A DNA stretch of 63,760 nucleotides from Octopus sinensis (GCF_006345805.1 NW_021831860.1:1-63760), one strand, 5' to 3'. Counted from the stretch's first letter, positions 25,428 through 39,485 are shown. Made by a program: numbers and translations. The notes: generated by a model not told the origin, from the sequence alone.

Positions 25428-26918
25428 CACCCCTCGACAAAAAATTTGGTTATTTAATCTTCCTGCTTTTTTTCATTTTAAAAACGAATAAATTCATACT
25501 TTAAGATCCTTAGTCTTCTTAAAATAATATTTATTTTGTATTTATAAGTAAAATAGATTTAAATTTTAATATTGCAAGAAATTTAAAGCATGTCGGCAAT
25601 TAGGTTAGTGACTAAAAATTGGTATAAAATTTAAACGTCAAATTATGCTAGTATTTAGAGAGTTGATCTTAATAAAAAAATATTTTTAGATATAATACTC
25701 TCGATTCGTTTATGAAAGGGAAAATAATTGCGCGCTATACGACTTAAATATGTCATATATTAAAATTCTAAAGAAACCGGTGTTCCATATTCAACAGTCG
25801 TAAATTTTATCAGAAATACAATAAAACTGGATCATATGACCGCCAACATGGTTCTGGAAGACTATCAATTTTGAATAATGTGCAATTAATCATTTTGGTA
25901 GGCACATCAGAGGAAAATTCATCTTTAACTGCTTCTGAACTCTAATGAAATAGAAAAGTTTCTGGAACACGTGTCTCGTCTCGAACCATAATACGAAATT
26001 TAAATAAAAATGGAATTTTCGGAAGAATTGCAAAGAAAAAACCACTTCTAACAAAAAAACCACATGGTTTCCAGATTCGTGATTGTCCAAAAATTTCTTC
26101 AAATTTCAGACCATGATTCAGATCAATAATCTTTTCTGATAAATGTATTTTTGAATTATTACCGATCTAAAAAAGAAAAAATTGTGTATAGAAAAAAATT
26201 TGAAATGAATAAATTCGAAAATATTACTCCAACTGTCAAATTTGGAAAAGGTAATTATGATGTAATAAAAAATTAGGGAAAGTCATGGTGTGGGGTTGTT
26301 TTTTTCATGGGGTAGGCGATTTGGTATTTATAGACAAAACGCTTATTCTGCAAAATATCAATCTATTTTGACCAATAATTTGCCATTTTCTGTACAAAAA
26401 TGGGGATTGTTGACTATATTTTTCAACAAGACAACGCTCCCTGCCATACATCAATAATGATTATTCAATATTTTTGCGAAAAAAATATTAAAAATTAGAA
26501 TGGCCTTCGCAATCTCCGGATTTAAATCGATAGCAGAGCATTTGTGGGCTTATATGAAGGTTCAAATTAGGCAAAGAAAAATGAGAACATTCAGGCACTG
26601 AAGGAAAATCTATTAGATATTTGGAATTCTATTCCATCAAAAACACTTGAAAAATTAGTTGAGTCAATGAAAAAAGAAGGGTTGGGAGATCTATTCGGCA
26701 AAGGAGGTATTCTACATATTAATCTCACAATAACCAAATTTATGCCAATGAAAGTCGTTGTTTTTTCCAAATTTCTTAGACAAAATTTCAAAATTTAAAT
26801 AATTAAATTAATTTTTATCAATTTTATCAGATTTTAAAATATATCTGAAGAAAAATTAAATCATTCTTTGTATGAATGAAGTAAGTTGGAGATTCACCAA
26901 TATTTATGTCGAGGGGTG
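25428..26918 (+). mobile_element. Tc1 DNA transposon with TIRs, transposase degenerate
   Basis: TA|CACCCCTCGACA...TGTCGAGGGGTG|TA. Remnants VMVWGCF, FQQDNAPCHTS, WPSQSPDLN and EHLW. Confidence 0.88.
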
Positions 26919-27249
26919 TAAACTCTGTTAAATTTGCTAAAACTTTTACAAAAAAAAACAGGGAAATTAGTAACAGCTCAGCAATAAGAAATATAATGAA
27001 AAAACGGTCTGAATGCTTATCCGCTCACGTAAAGGCACTCTACTTAAAAACATAAACTTTCGACGACTGATCATCAATTTTGAATTATGTTTAAACAGAA
27101 TACGCAAAAAGTCTTATTATAGCATGGCTGACTACTAGATGTAATTAGTGCTAGTGGACGACAAATTCACAGGTGATTTCATTTTCTATTCTCAAATTTT
27201 GATCTTCAACCCATTCATATAGTAGATGGCCGAACTAGTGCCAGCAATA

Positions 27250-27940
27250 GTCTGAGAGACTTCTGGTGCTTCCAGATCTATGGTCTCAGTCTGAGTATAG
27301 TTGTCATTATATTTTGCTCCATAGGTTCACCCGTCTAGGTTCCAATAGATACACTGCTTTTAAGGACTTATGTGATAAACGATTCTTCAACAGGAGTTAC
27401 AGTTTGCTGTTTCTTTCAAGCTGAGGTCATACTTGGGGTTTCTTAGAGACTGTGTACAATCCGGAATCAGAAGGAGGATTGGAATCTGTAGTTTGTTATT
27501 CTTCGCAGAGGGGCAGCCTCCGTATGTAGCCCAGTGTTCTGAGGATCCACAATTGATGCAGAATTTCGTGTTTCCTCTCGAATTTGAGCATTCCATCTGA
27601 GATCCGCCACAAGTTAAGCATCTTACTTTTGCTTTGCAAAAACGTGCTATATGCCCGTAGGATTGGCATTTGTAACAACGAGTCTTTGGCTTACGGAACC
27701 ATTCACAGTCAATTTATCTAAAGCCAATGTTTAGGTCCAGTCGGATTAATGAGTTTGCCTCACCTCTCGAGGGGATAGTCGGCTTTGTTATTGGTAAGTT
27801 TTTTCTAGCCTTCATGAAACGTTCCACTTTAAATCCATGTGAGAGTATTGTCGAGAGATACTTCTCCAGTTCTTCATTACTTGCCCAGTGATAAATCGAT
27901 CGAAAATAAAAACATGAAGGAAAAAACCGATCAAGGCACG
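27250..27940 (-). mobile_element. LINE ORF1 (gag-like CCHC knuckles) fragment, related to the element at 59620
   Basis: SRGEA.SL...L.IGFR, CYKCQSYGHIARFC and CINCGSSEHWATYGGCP. Confidence 0.75.
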
Positions 27941-27949
27941 TGTACGTCA

Positions 27950-28600
27950 TAGGCACGTTGCTGGACCGTAATATAATATATATATACTGTCCGCATCGGT
28001 ATCAGCACCAGACTTGGACTGGAGATTTGCCGGACTCACAAATGCCGGTGTGGGGCCACAGTCGATTGTTATGGACACCATGCCCTCTCTTGTCGAAGAA
28101 GTGCAGGACAATTTCCAAGACACAAGACGATCAACGAAATTGTCAAGCGAGCCCTGGAGTCTGCAGGATAGAGGAGATGGTAAACGTCCTGATGGGATCA
28201 CAATTTTCCCATTTGAAGAGGGGAAACCTCTAGTTTGGGACGCAACCTGTGTGGACACTCTCTGCCCGTCCAACATTGCCGGGAGCGCAATAGACAGACT
28301 GTATGCCGCGGAAAAAACGATGAGGCTAAGGAGAGAAAATATGAAGCGCTGCGAGACCGATTCGTGTTCTGTCCGATTGTGGTCGAGACAACTGGAGGAA
28401 TAAGTGGGAAATCGCTTCGCTTCCTAAAGAAGATTGGACGCTTAGCCACATTAAAAAGCCACGACACACGTGAGACCCGGTGCCTTCTCAATTGATCTCC
28501 GTTGCTATCGTGAGAGGCAACGCAACGTCAATTATGTTGCGAGGTCCACTTCGGATGGATGGCTTTGTTAACTTCAGTAAATTATAATTATTTTATAAAA
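27950..28600 (+). mobile_element. CRE 3' fragment
   Basis: DRGDGKRPDGITIFPF..GKPLVWDATCVDT, KERKYE.L and PIVVETTG. Confidence 0.85.
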
Positions 28601-28631
28601 AATATAAACTAATGCAGGTAATCTTATTTTA

Positions 28632-29056
28632 GCCCTGGCTGAAGACTAAGCTATGGATAATGGATTTGGATGGTCGTGAGTTCGATTCCGAAGGAGGACA
28701 GTTTTCATCCTGGGGCTAATTCTCGTTATCGTTCCCCTGCCCGTGAGGAACGAGTACTTCTGGCACGACACAGTTGGAAATGGGGATCTCTTACCTTCGG
28801 GCTTAGCGTGGCGTTACGGGGTCCACCATGTCAGTTGGAATTCCTTCGGATATGGCAACGCTCAGGAGGCACTTAATGCCTTCCGAAAAAGGACTCTTAG
28901 CTTCTCAGACCCTGGACATCGTTTCGTCTCAGGCCGATCTTGCGGGAAGGATTGAAACTTCAGAAGGATCTCCCTCGTTTGGATCGGCGATCACGGGATT
29001 AACTAAATTAACTGGCTTGCCCGTATTGGTCTTTAAATAATAATAATAATAATAAT
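28632..29056 (+). mobile_element. tRNA-derived SINE, copy 2, with (TAA)n tail
   Basis: A/B-box-like head, AAATAATAATAATAATAATAAT tail and close match to 14660-15090. Confidence 0.8.
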
Positions 29057-30217
29057 CTCGTGGCTTGAATTATCAGCAGTTCAAACATTTTTTAATGACA
29101 CTGAAGCTGAATATGGGGATAATCAACGTGAAAAGGCTCGTTTAGAGTGTCTAATCTTAATAGACTATTTCATATACGGAATGATGTTTTAATTTTTCTT
29201 GAGGAACAGCCTCGGACCGACCCCTCTGGAGGACCTAATTAAGGAGAATTCCAGTTTGTTTGCAAATTCCGCGACGAATGCGGCCAGCCGCCTAGTGCGA
29301 TCTTGTGTGGGCTCGTTGAAAGATCATCGAGCGAGGACGAGGTCCTTGGTTGAGTGCATCGGGATCATGTGACTTTTGTTCGGTTTCTCCGTAATCTTGG
29401 TGCTTTAATAATAATAACATAATCATGATATTTATGTGGTACTCTTAGGTTAGCTACACACCTCCTCCTTGTACTTCGATCAGAAATTCCACTTTTTTGG
29501 TAGAGAGGGGATTGCAGGATGAAGAATTCTCTACTCATGGAATAAATTGATCTCGAAATTAACTTATTCAATCATCTAAGGTAATCATGTACACCTTCTT
29601 TTTATTAAGCTTTCTCCAATATGTTTTTCTCCTCATCTCCGAATAGCTCGCCTGGCAATTAGAATCGTCTCGAAAAAATATTACTATCATTTTTTTCATT
29701 TATTATAATTATTTTTTTATTAAATATAGGGTTTTCGAACTTTATGTTAAACTGCAATTTTAAGGGATAGTGTTAAAGCTCTAAAACTTTGCTTTTAAGC
29801 GTGATATAAGCAAGCATTAACGTTTTTCGTGAAATTAAAACAACATGTTGTGAAGAATCGAGGTTCTATTCATCAATTGTTATTTTTTGCTGTGCAACGG
29901 AAATATAAATAAGCATTTTGCAATAAAAATTACAATGATCTATATTTATTTCATTCATTTTTTCAATAATGACATTTTTAACTTCAATAAGCAGTTGACA
30001 TTGTCAGAAATAACAAAATGTTTGCATACAAAGAATATATTTTTTATGGGATTCGAGAAATAATAGTAGGATAGTAAATATTGCTTATATGCGGTATACA
30101 CGGTGATGTTTAGTGCCTTAGTCTAATGCTCGAAGCGTAAATACTAATGCTTGAGCTTTTAAGGTTAAAGCACTGAAAACCCTATAATTAGATGCAGGTG
30201 TGCTAATTATGAACAAT

Positions 30218-31144
30218 GTTATAAATATTCCATTTCGCGCAGTTAAATCAAAATGTTTTTGTTTCCTATTTTAGCCTGTTTAATCTCTATCAAAGGTTTT
30301 GTTGGTTAATATTAATTCTTAGGAGGCTTTTGGGATGACATCTTTGATGATGTCAAGTATTTATCTTATATTAATTTCTACCATAGGATATAGCTAAGAA
30401 CCTTGTAAATAAAAGTTCAGATGCAAGTTGAGATTTGATTTATAACTTAATTCATAGAAAAATGTTCACGATTTCGTCAACGATCCGACGTATTTATTTC
30501 ATATTATTTCTACCATTTAGAATACAATTACAGGTTCAACTGCAAGTTGAGTTTTGATTTATAACTTAATTCATAGAAAAAATTGTTCACGATTTCGTAA
30601 TGATCCGACGGTATTATAAATTATTTCTACCATTCAGGATACAACTACAGGTTCAACTGCAAGTTGAGATTTTATTTATAACTTAATTCATAGAGAAAAA
30701 ATTGTTCACGATTCCGTCAATGATCCGACGGTATTTATTTCATATTAATTTCTACCATTTAGAATACAACTAAGAACCTAATAAATACAAGTTCAACTGC
30801 AAGTTGAGATTTGATTTATAACTTAATTTTTAGGAAAAATTGTTCATAATTATTTCGAAGAAGACAGGGGAATTATTCTATCTTCCAAATTTCAAAATTC
30901 AGGTTAAGATTTGATTTATAAATTTTAGTCACTGAACCATCAAATTTGGCTTACTCAATTGGGGCTATCTCGGTTATGGCTCAATTACTCTATTACTAAT
31001 TATATTAATTTACATCTTAACTAAAATATCATTCCCGGAAGTATCAATAAATGAAAATCATGACCTGAATTCACCATTAAACAGAGCAAAGAATGTATAG
31101 TCTGCGTTACCTCTGACTACAGCTAGGGAGACTTGATACTGATT
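30218..31144 (-). repeat. Dispersed unit with ~123-bp tandem repeats, copy 2 (about four units)
   Basis: Collinear with 15405-16230 and carries one more tandem unit. Confidence 0.9.
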
Positions 31145-31380
31145 CTCAGATGGATCGCCGGAAACCCTCTCCAATAGTGACTCGATGTGTCGAAGCAGGT
31201 TTCGTGTGGAAAGCCTCTGTATTCCAGACAGCTCGACTACTAGGGGGACAAACACTCTGCCATAACCGATATTGGCTTATTATCGACTTCTTCCCTTCAG
31301 CCTGTTTGAATAGGCTCCAGTGATACATCCATATTCTGTGTGGAAAATGAATTAATGCTCGTGACGTCCCAAAACGAAAC
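31058..31380 (-). mobile_element. CRE 3' fragment contiguous with the tandem-repeat unit
   Basis: FWDVTSIN, FVPLVVELSG and QVSLAVVRGNA. Confidence 0.7.
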
Positions 31381-31919
31381 CTATCAAAAATCTAGGTTTA
31401 AATTATAGAATTTCTGAATGAGATTCTTTTATTTCTATTTATTCCCCCAAATGAAACACGAGAATCGGAAACAAATAAAGTCACGTGATTCTAACATGCC
31501 TCAAAATGGTCCTCATCTTTGCCCGATTTCCTTCACGTAAGCCCGCGCAAGTGCGCTTGGGACGTTTATCACTGGTTTTTGCGATTTTATTATATCTTCG
31601 TCCACATGAGTGGAAGAAGGCTTCCACGTTGGCAGGAGTTAAGGACTTTTCGGCGATTTGTCGAATGGTATCTCCAGATCGTTTAAACGCAGCTTTACTT
31701 ACGCTTTCCCAAGTCTCTTTGCTGAGTTAAGGAGGGTAGTAATCGATTTTCCTTGACTTGTTGATAGTCGGTTTACTAGAAGTAATTTTGTAGCTTTCCG
31801 CTGCTGTTGCGACCTCTCAGTTTTGAGAGGAAACCACATTAGCATCGGAAGATTCGATAAGTATAAGTTGAAAAGAGCTTATAATTAAGGCGAGCCTTGA
31901 GCTACTCCATTTTGAAAAT

Positions 31920-32520
31920 AATTCGAGTATAAATTCTTCCTCTTCGCCCAATGAGAAAGTTAGTCATCCACTTTTTTAGGATGGAGGGGATTTTGCTGAG
32001 AAATATTTTCCTAGTTAGTATTTTCTCAGACACGGTATTGAAAGCCTTGTGAATGTCCACCGAACACATAACTGTCTATTCGCTGCAGGATTTAATCGTT
32101 AGTACTTTTGAGATAAAGTTAGTCAGCCTGGTAAGATGCGAAGCCGTAGATTTCCCACTTTTGAATCCATGTTGGAAATTCAGATGAAGAAAAAAATGTT
32201 TGACTCGGTTAAGTACAAGTTTTTCCAGAGCTTTAGAAAACACGCAGAGGAGAAAGATTGGTCTGTATGACGCTGGGTTGTATTTAAGCTTTCTCGGTTT
32301 TAGGATAGGGCAAATGTGGGCCATTTTCTAAATGATAGGTATTGAATTGTTGTTTATTAAGAATTTATTTATTTGAACCAGGGCTGCTATTGCTACTTCC
32401 CCAAGATTTTTCAACAGAATTATAGAATTTCGTCATGTCTACAAAAATCCGTCCTTCTTAAATTTAGGATAGCCGAAGACATGGAAATATTTAAATCAAT
32501 CACATCAATGTCAAAGAAAA
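31920..32520 (-). mobile_element. LINE RT fragment (I/Jockey-like)
   Basis: PILKP.K...PASYRPI.LLCVFSKALEK and FQHGFKSGKST, followed by VDIHK(A)F. Confidence 0.8.
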
Positions 32521-35364
32521 TTTTTCATAGCTGTCCATTTCAAGATTAATATACCAATGGAGATTAAAATCGAGGAGGTCATTTTACAGAGGACCAAATC
32601 TTACTGCTTACATCTATCTCTCCAAAATCAAGTATGTATTTTTGACCTTCATTCAAGTGACGCAGTTAATATGCACATTTTATTGCCTTCATGAATACTA
32701 CACAGTCAGTAATTGAAAATACTCAAGGTAGAAGGGACGACTGATTTTTGGCGACTGAAAAATAGCATTTGATGGCAAGTAACTTTAATTTTAAAATAAG
32801 ATTTATACAGTTCTAATAATCCGTCTAAACGTGTAAAAGCATCTACATTCAGGCAACGAAGGTTAATAAAGTAATTAAGTGATCTAATGATTCAAAATAT
32901 TTGAATATACATCTCTTATAATTAACAATTTTAAATCTTCTCAAAGAATTATACTTATGTCAGTCGATCTTACTAAAACCTTTAATCATACTTCAAGACA
33001 TGTTCTAAATACTAAAATTTCTATGACTGATATTCCAATAACTCTGAAACGCCAACTAATAATTTTTTTATCTGACTGCTTAAGCCAAGAAGACATCAGA
33101 GGGTAAAAGTCTTGTTACTTACCGAATGGAATCCCGCAACACTCAGTGCTATTACCAGCACTCTTCAACCTTCATTCAAGTGACGCATCAGTCACCAAGA
33201 ATACCTTACTACTTTCATACATAGACTACATAATTATTGCATCAATACATAGCAATCTATCAACGGCCACTAACAACGAATAATCTCATTTGGATTTCGA
33301 TAGACACATGTCCATTCGTATCATAAAATATTATTCTGAATTAAACGTACAGTGACTCCTCTGAAATTGACTACACTTATAAAATTATCTTAAGAAAAAT
33401 TCGAATTTCCATTGAAAGTGGCCAATTCTCAAATTGACCATAAATTTTAAAATATATTTTATATAATTTGCAAATTAATAAAATTTCAGTTATTTTATGT
33501 CTTCGAACAATTCTCGTGGTAATTATACTCGTCTCACTTTTTATCAAAAAATACAGATTTTAACTTATAAAAATCAAAATGAAGATGTTTCATGTCAGTA
33601 TTTGGCTGATAGATTTTCCCATTTGTTTAAAATGAAGATTTCCAGAAAAACAATTAATAATATTATTTTGAAAAAAGATTTTTTTCTCAAAGAGTGTAAA
33701 AAGGCAGTTATCGAAGGCTTAAGGGCATTGTGGAGCAAGGAATTGGTAAACCAAGGTCTTGTCTTAAAAAGTTCAACTTTCATAGGAGCAATGCTTTCAG
33801 CGAATCGAGGTCGAATCGAAATTAAAGTAGAAAATCTTGAGAAAGAACTAAAAAACAGAAAAGTGCAAGAAGTAAAATTTTGTACAGATTTAAAAATAGA
33901 AATTAAATGATACAATTAAAATTAAAACAAAAATGTTGGATGATCAGACTGAAATTATCCGAAAACTCAAAGATGGTTTGGCTGAAAGAGATGCAGAAAT
34001 TAAAAAACTGACAAATCAAGTTGTTTCAACAAGCCAGGATTCAAAAATTTTTTTAAATGAGTTGGAGAAATTAAGAGTTATTCACACATAAATTAATTTT
34101 GAGGCTGAATTTGAAAAAGTCAGCGAAAGAAAAGATGCTCTTAAAATGGTAAATCAAGATTTAAACGAGGAATTGGGCGATTTTACCGAAGCATACAAGT
34201 TTTTGGCAGAAAAATAAAAATAGTGAAATCAATGAAAAGTGGGGGAAGCGAATAGAGCAAATTAAGGAATTAGAAACTAATCTCGAGGAAGGACGCCAAG
34301 TGTGGAATAAGAAAGAAAAAAAAATAAAAAACGAACGAGACAGAGCAGTAGCAGCGGCAGAGTATTCTTCAAACAAACAACAAAATAGATTTGCAATTAA
34401 AAAAATGAAGGAAATCGAAACAACATACAATGAAAAATACGCTATGGACAAGCAAGAAATAGAACACAAGTTAATGTATTTGACTGATTTGTTGGAGCAG
34501 CAAAATATTTCAGTATACAGTTCCTACAAAAAGTTAACTCTAAAGGATACTGTAATTTTCGTAAAAATGACTTGGGAAGATGTGTCTGAAAAAACGATTG
34601 CAAATTGTTTCGGAATTTTAAGCAACCCATTCAAAAAGAATCATGTAGTTGAAGTTCAAGATATTGCAGTAGAAAAAACTGACATTTTTGATCCCTTAGA
34701 AGTCGAAGAATTTCTTAATTTTGAATATTCTGAAAATGATACATTTCAAGACGTTGAGGATATTGAAAATATAAAAAATGAAGAAGAAGTAGAGGCTGAA
34801 GTAGAATCCAATGAAGTAGAATCCAATGATTCAATTGACAAAAAAGACATTGTGGTTAAGTTAACTAAAATTGAAAACGACCTCCTAAAAAACATTGAGA
34901 ACGAACATGAAGTTCAATTGATTACATCCATAAGGCGCTATAAGGAAAATGTCATTAAAAGTCAAAAAAGCAGATGGGCATCCAATTCTACTTTAAGAAC
35001 ATTAATAATGCTTGTCACAGGTTTCATTTTGGACCAGGTTTTATTTGGACCGAAAAAAAAAAAAATCAATATAAAAATTTTATTCCACTAAAAATATATT
35101 AGTTAATATTAAATTATACTTTTGTATAGTTTTTTTCTTGATTCATTTAGTTTTTTAAAAAAGGAAGAATGCACAAACCACCAATCAACAAATTTGATAA
35201 TTACAGCGTTGCCGTTACGATATTTATTTAAAAATTGGTCTTCCATTCTAAAAAATTAAAAACTAAATATAATTCTATTAATTAAAATTTTAAAAATATA
35301 ACCCTAACACATATACATTCTAATAATAGCCCTAACACCCAAAATCCTAATTCTAAAACACCCT

Positions 35365-37215
35365 TGGGGTACCTGGTGGGTGCGAGGCCTCGGTCCACGC
35401 TGCCCGGTGTTTCATTGAATCGGCTCGTCTCTCAGAGCGGCCCCCCAGTTATTATTAAAATTGGATGTGAAGAACGCTTTCAATTCGCTCAATAGAAAGC
35501 ATCTTCTTGAGGTTTGCAAGGCCAGAATTCCTTCTCTGCTGCCCTTCATTTTTCTTTCTTATGGTAACCCGACCCTCTTGGTTGCTGGCGATTCTTTCAT
35601 TTCGTCTTCCTGTGGCGTACAGCAAGGCGATCCTTTGGGTCCTTTATTATTTGCCCTCTCGGTGGACTTTGTCGCCCGCAGGATTGCGTCCCCTCTTAAT
35701 ATTTGGTATTTGGACGACTGTACTATTGGTGGTCCGCCGACATTTTGCTAAACGACTTGCAATCTCTACTCCCGGCGTTGTCATCTATTGGTCTTGAAAT
35801 CAATTCTCTAAAATCTGAAATCGTTAATCTTAACGTCGAAGACCTCACCTTCGAAGACCTTTTTGCCCAGTTCGTGGCCTCTTGCCCGATCTGAGGCAGA
35901 CCTCTTATTCTGAACTTGAAATCCTGGGTGCCCCGATCCACCACCAATCGGTCTCTCGTATTCTCGATTCCAAGAGAAATGCTCTTGCTTCTCTTTGTGA
36001 TAAACTTGTGGACATCGATCCCCATCCCGCTTTTTTTATCCTCAAAAACTTTCTTTGATTCCGAGGATCAATTATGTCCTAAGGAGTTCCTGTTGCTTTT
36101 CTGTTCCCTCTGCTTTGGAGTCTTTTGACGCTCTGGTGCGTTCTTCAGCCGAGATTATTTTTAACGTCAAGTTCGATGATGTCGGTTGGCGTCAGGCCAA
36201 ACTTCCTGTTCCTTTTGGTGGGCTTGGGCTCCGCTCGGCTCTCGACATTTCTCTTCCGCTTTCCTTTCATCGTCTTCAGGATTGTATCTTCTTGTCCATA
36301 AGATTCTTGAAAAATCGCCCGGATCTCGTTTGGACTCTGATATTAATTCTGCACTTTTGCTTTGGAAGGAAAAAGGGCTTGAGTTCCCTTCTGATAGGTC
36401 CCTCCAACGTGAATGGGATAAAATTCTTAGTAAGCATCATGCGGACTCGTTGGAGGCTCTCCTGAACCAGCACAGACTGGCTTGTTACCGTGCCAGCCGC
36501 CAACCGCATTCTGGCTCTTGGCTTAACTGCCTTCCTTCGACCCATTTGGACACCTGTCTTGACTCCGACGCCCTCCGTTTTGGCATTTGCCTCCGCCTCG
36601 GACTTCCGATCTGTAGTCCCCACCCCTGCCGGTGCGGATCTACTATGGACGTATACGGGCTCCATGCCCTCTCCTGCAAGAAAAGCGCGGGTCGTATTCC
36701 ACGCCATTCGGCGATTAACAGAATCATTCTCGACTCACTCGAAAAGGCCGGCTACCCTTCTGTCCTTGAGCCTAAGGGTCTCGACCGTGGTGACGGGAAA
36801 AGGCCGGACGGCTCTACGTTGTTCTCGTTTTATTCTGGGAGACCTTTGGTCTGGGATTCCACTTGTGTGGATACCTTCTCAAAGTCTTTCATCAACGAAT
36901 CGGCCTCTCTTGCTGGGTCTCGTGCTAATAAGGCTGAGCTTTCGAAGTGCCGGAAATATCAGTTTGATGGATGACTTTTGGTTTTGGCCAATCGTTGTCG
37001 AGACTTCCGGCGTCTTTGGCTCCGGGACCCTCACTTCCCTAAAGAAATTGGGACATCTTTGTTCTTCGCGGTCCAAGGACCCTAGGGAATTTACTTTCCT
37101 CATTCAGAGGATCCTGCTGGCTGTCATGCGTGGCAACAGCTGTTCCCTCCGTCTCGCTGGGAGAATTTATTAGTTTGTTGACTTACTTAGTAGTTTGACC
37201 TTGCTAATAAATTGA
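35365..37215 (+). mobile_element. CRE-clade retrotransposon, 5'-truncated (RT to RLE), third layer
   Basis: DVKNAFNS, GVQQGDPLGPLLF, WYLDD, LPV.FGGLGLR, C.CG...D..G.HALSC, RHSAIN, DGKRPDG, WDSTCVDT and QRI.LAVMRGN. Confidence 0.92.
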
Positions 37216-37323
37216 TAATTTTGTGCTCCCTAATTTTATTAATTATAAAACCCCTATTTTTAATAGTTGTCCGAACCATAAAAAACATAATTTAATTTTA
37301 ATTATAAAAATCTTAATCTAAAC

Positions 37324-39485
37324 CAGTGGTTCTCAAACTGGGGTACGCGTACCCCTAGGGGTACGCGAAATTCTGTAGGGGGTACGCGAAAATTTTTTGA
37401 AAATCTATTTAATTTTCGTTTCAACATAAAAAAGTTATTAATTCTAATTATAATAAAAATCATAATTAAATTAAATAATTAATAATAAAATAAATCTCCA
37501 CGCTACTAGTTTTTCTTATGAGTTTACCTGTTACAAGATTCGAAAATACAACGATAGTTATCTCAACTATGGATTTTATTTTGTGATTAAAAACGGTGTG
37601 TGCCACATCCGCAGTGTATTATTTGCCAAAAGATTCTTTGCCCTGAATCCATGAAACCTTCATTACTTTCTCGGCATCAAGTTTCTAATCATTTCGAAAC
37701 TATCGGAAAACCAAATGACTTTTTAAGAACAAAAAAGATAATATTCGGAAAATAGACGATTCTTTCAATTTTGACATTAATTTTTTACTATCAAAACTCT
37801 CTTACATGATTTCATATCGGATCGCAAAAGCCAAAAACCACATACAATTGCCGAGAATCTTATTATACCGTGCATTAAGGACATGTTTGAATGTTTCCCT
37901 GGCAATAAATTGGAGCATATTGTTCGAAAAATTCCATGTTCAAATGATACCGTCAATAGAAGAATACGAGATCTATCCGAAAACATAAAAGAACAAGTTA
38001 TTTCTGGTTAATTATTATTAGGTCATTACTGAAATAAAAAGTGCTGCCTTTAAAAAATTTTCAATTCAATTGGATGAATCAACAGATGTAGCAAATTGCT
38101 CTCAGTTACTCGTTTATGTGCGATATATTTATATGGAAAATATTAAGGAAGAATTTTTGTTCAACTATTCCTTACCTTTAAACACAAAAGGTTCTGATAT
38201 TTTCGATGCAGTTAATTGTTTTTTTGAAACAGAAGGTACATTTTTGATTTTTTACTTATGATAGGCCTATTGTGGCAAAATCTTAGTGCATGCACCACAG
38301 ATGGAGCACCAGCTATGCTTGGATGTAACTCTGGTTTCCGAGGTAGAGTACAATCTGTCAATCCAAATGTAAAAACATCTTCACTGTATGTTGCATCGTT
38401 ATGTTCTTGCTGTGAAGACAATGCCTCTTGAACTTAAAAATGTTCTTGACGATGTTATTAAAATTGTCAATCATATCAAAAAAAGTCCTTTAAATTCGCG
38501 AATTTTTTATTCAATTTGTGAAGAATTTGGTTCAGATGAGAAGGTTTTACTATATCACACAGAAGTTCGATGGTTATCCAAAGGAAATGTTCTTTCCAGA
38601 GTGCACAGTTTGAAGAATGAAATTATGAATATTTCTTCGCGAAAATAAAAATTTATATTTATCAAAGTTATCAAATATGTATTGGGGTGTAATGCTATCT
38701 TATTAACGGACATTTTTTCGCGAATTAATGCTTTGAATTTATCGGTACAAACTAAGGGAGTTACCATTGTTGACTTTTTAAAAAAACAAGGTTTTTTACG
38801 AAATAAGCAATATTGTAGGTCTTTTCGTATGAAGCTCCAACTGTGGATAGATAATACAACAAATTCTAATTTTACTATGTTTGATAAGTTGAATGAAAAC
38901 ATTTTCCATCTAAAATTAAATGAAATAGAAAATTTAAAACATCAAATAACTTCCCATTTACTTGGATTGAAGAATGAAATTGAAAAATATATACCTGAAA
39001 TTAATGAAGTAGATCTTAAGTTTTTTGTCAATCCTTTTTCCGTAAAAGTTAATGTTTTGCCTTCAAATATTCAAGAAGAAGTTATTGAATTAATAAATTC
39101 TTACGAGTCAAAAATCTTATTTGAATCTGCACCATTAATTGAATTTTGGTGTAAAATGACATCAAAATATCACAATATTGGATTTTATATAATCGATTTT
39201 TTGCTTTTGTTTCCGACTACATATCTCTGCGAACAAGGATTTTCATCGTTGTTTAATTTAAAATCAGTTCATCGTGCGAGGCTGAATGTTGTTCATGATA
39301 TTCGGGTGTGTCTTTCGTCAAAGGATACAGAAATCGATAGATTAGTTAGTGATTGATAAACAACACCATCCATCTCATTAATTAAATATTTTTTTTCCTT
39401 AATTTTTTAAAAATCGATAAGGGGTACGCGAAAAATTATTTAGATGGCAAGGGGTACGCAAGGAAAAAAAGTTTGAGAACCACTG
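37324..39485 (+). mobile_element. hAT (Buster/Charlie, ZBED5-like) transposon, complete ends, degenerate intron-containing transposase, third layer
   Basis: TIR CAGTGGTTCTCAAACT and 8-bp TSD ATCTAAAC on both sides. Motifs QLDESTDV, CTDGAPAM, HTEVRWLSKG and FPTTYLCEQGFS. Confidence 0.95.

Noticed and set aside
32550-33200. Possible gene fragment with a 20-bp repeat ACCTTCATTCAAGTGACGCA (32646 and 33168)
   Set aside because: I could not build a consistent spliced ORF or recognise a product.
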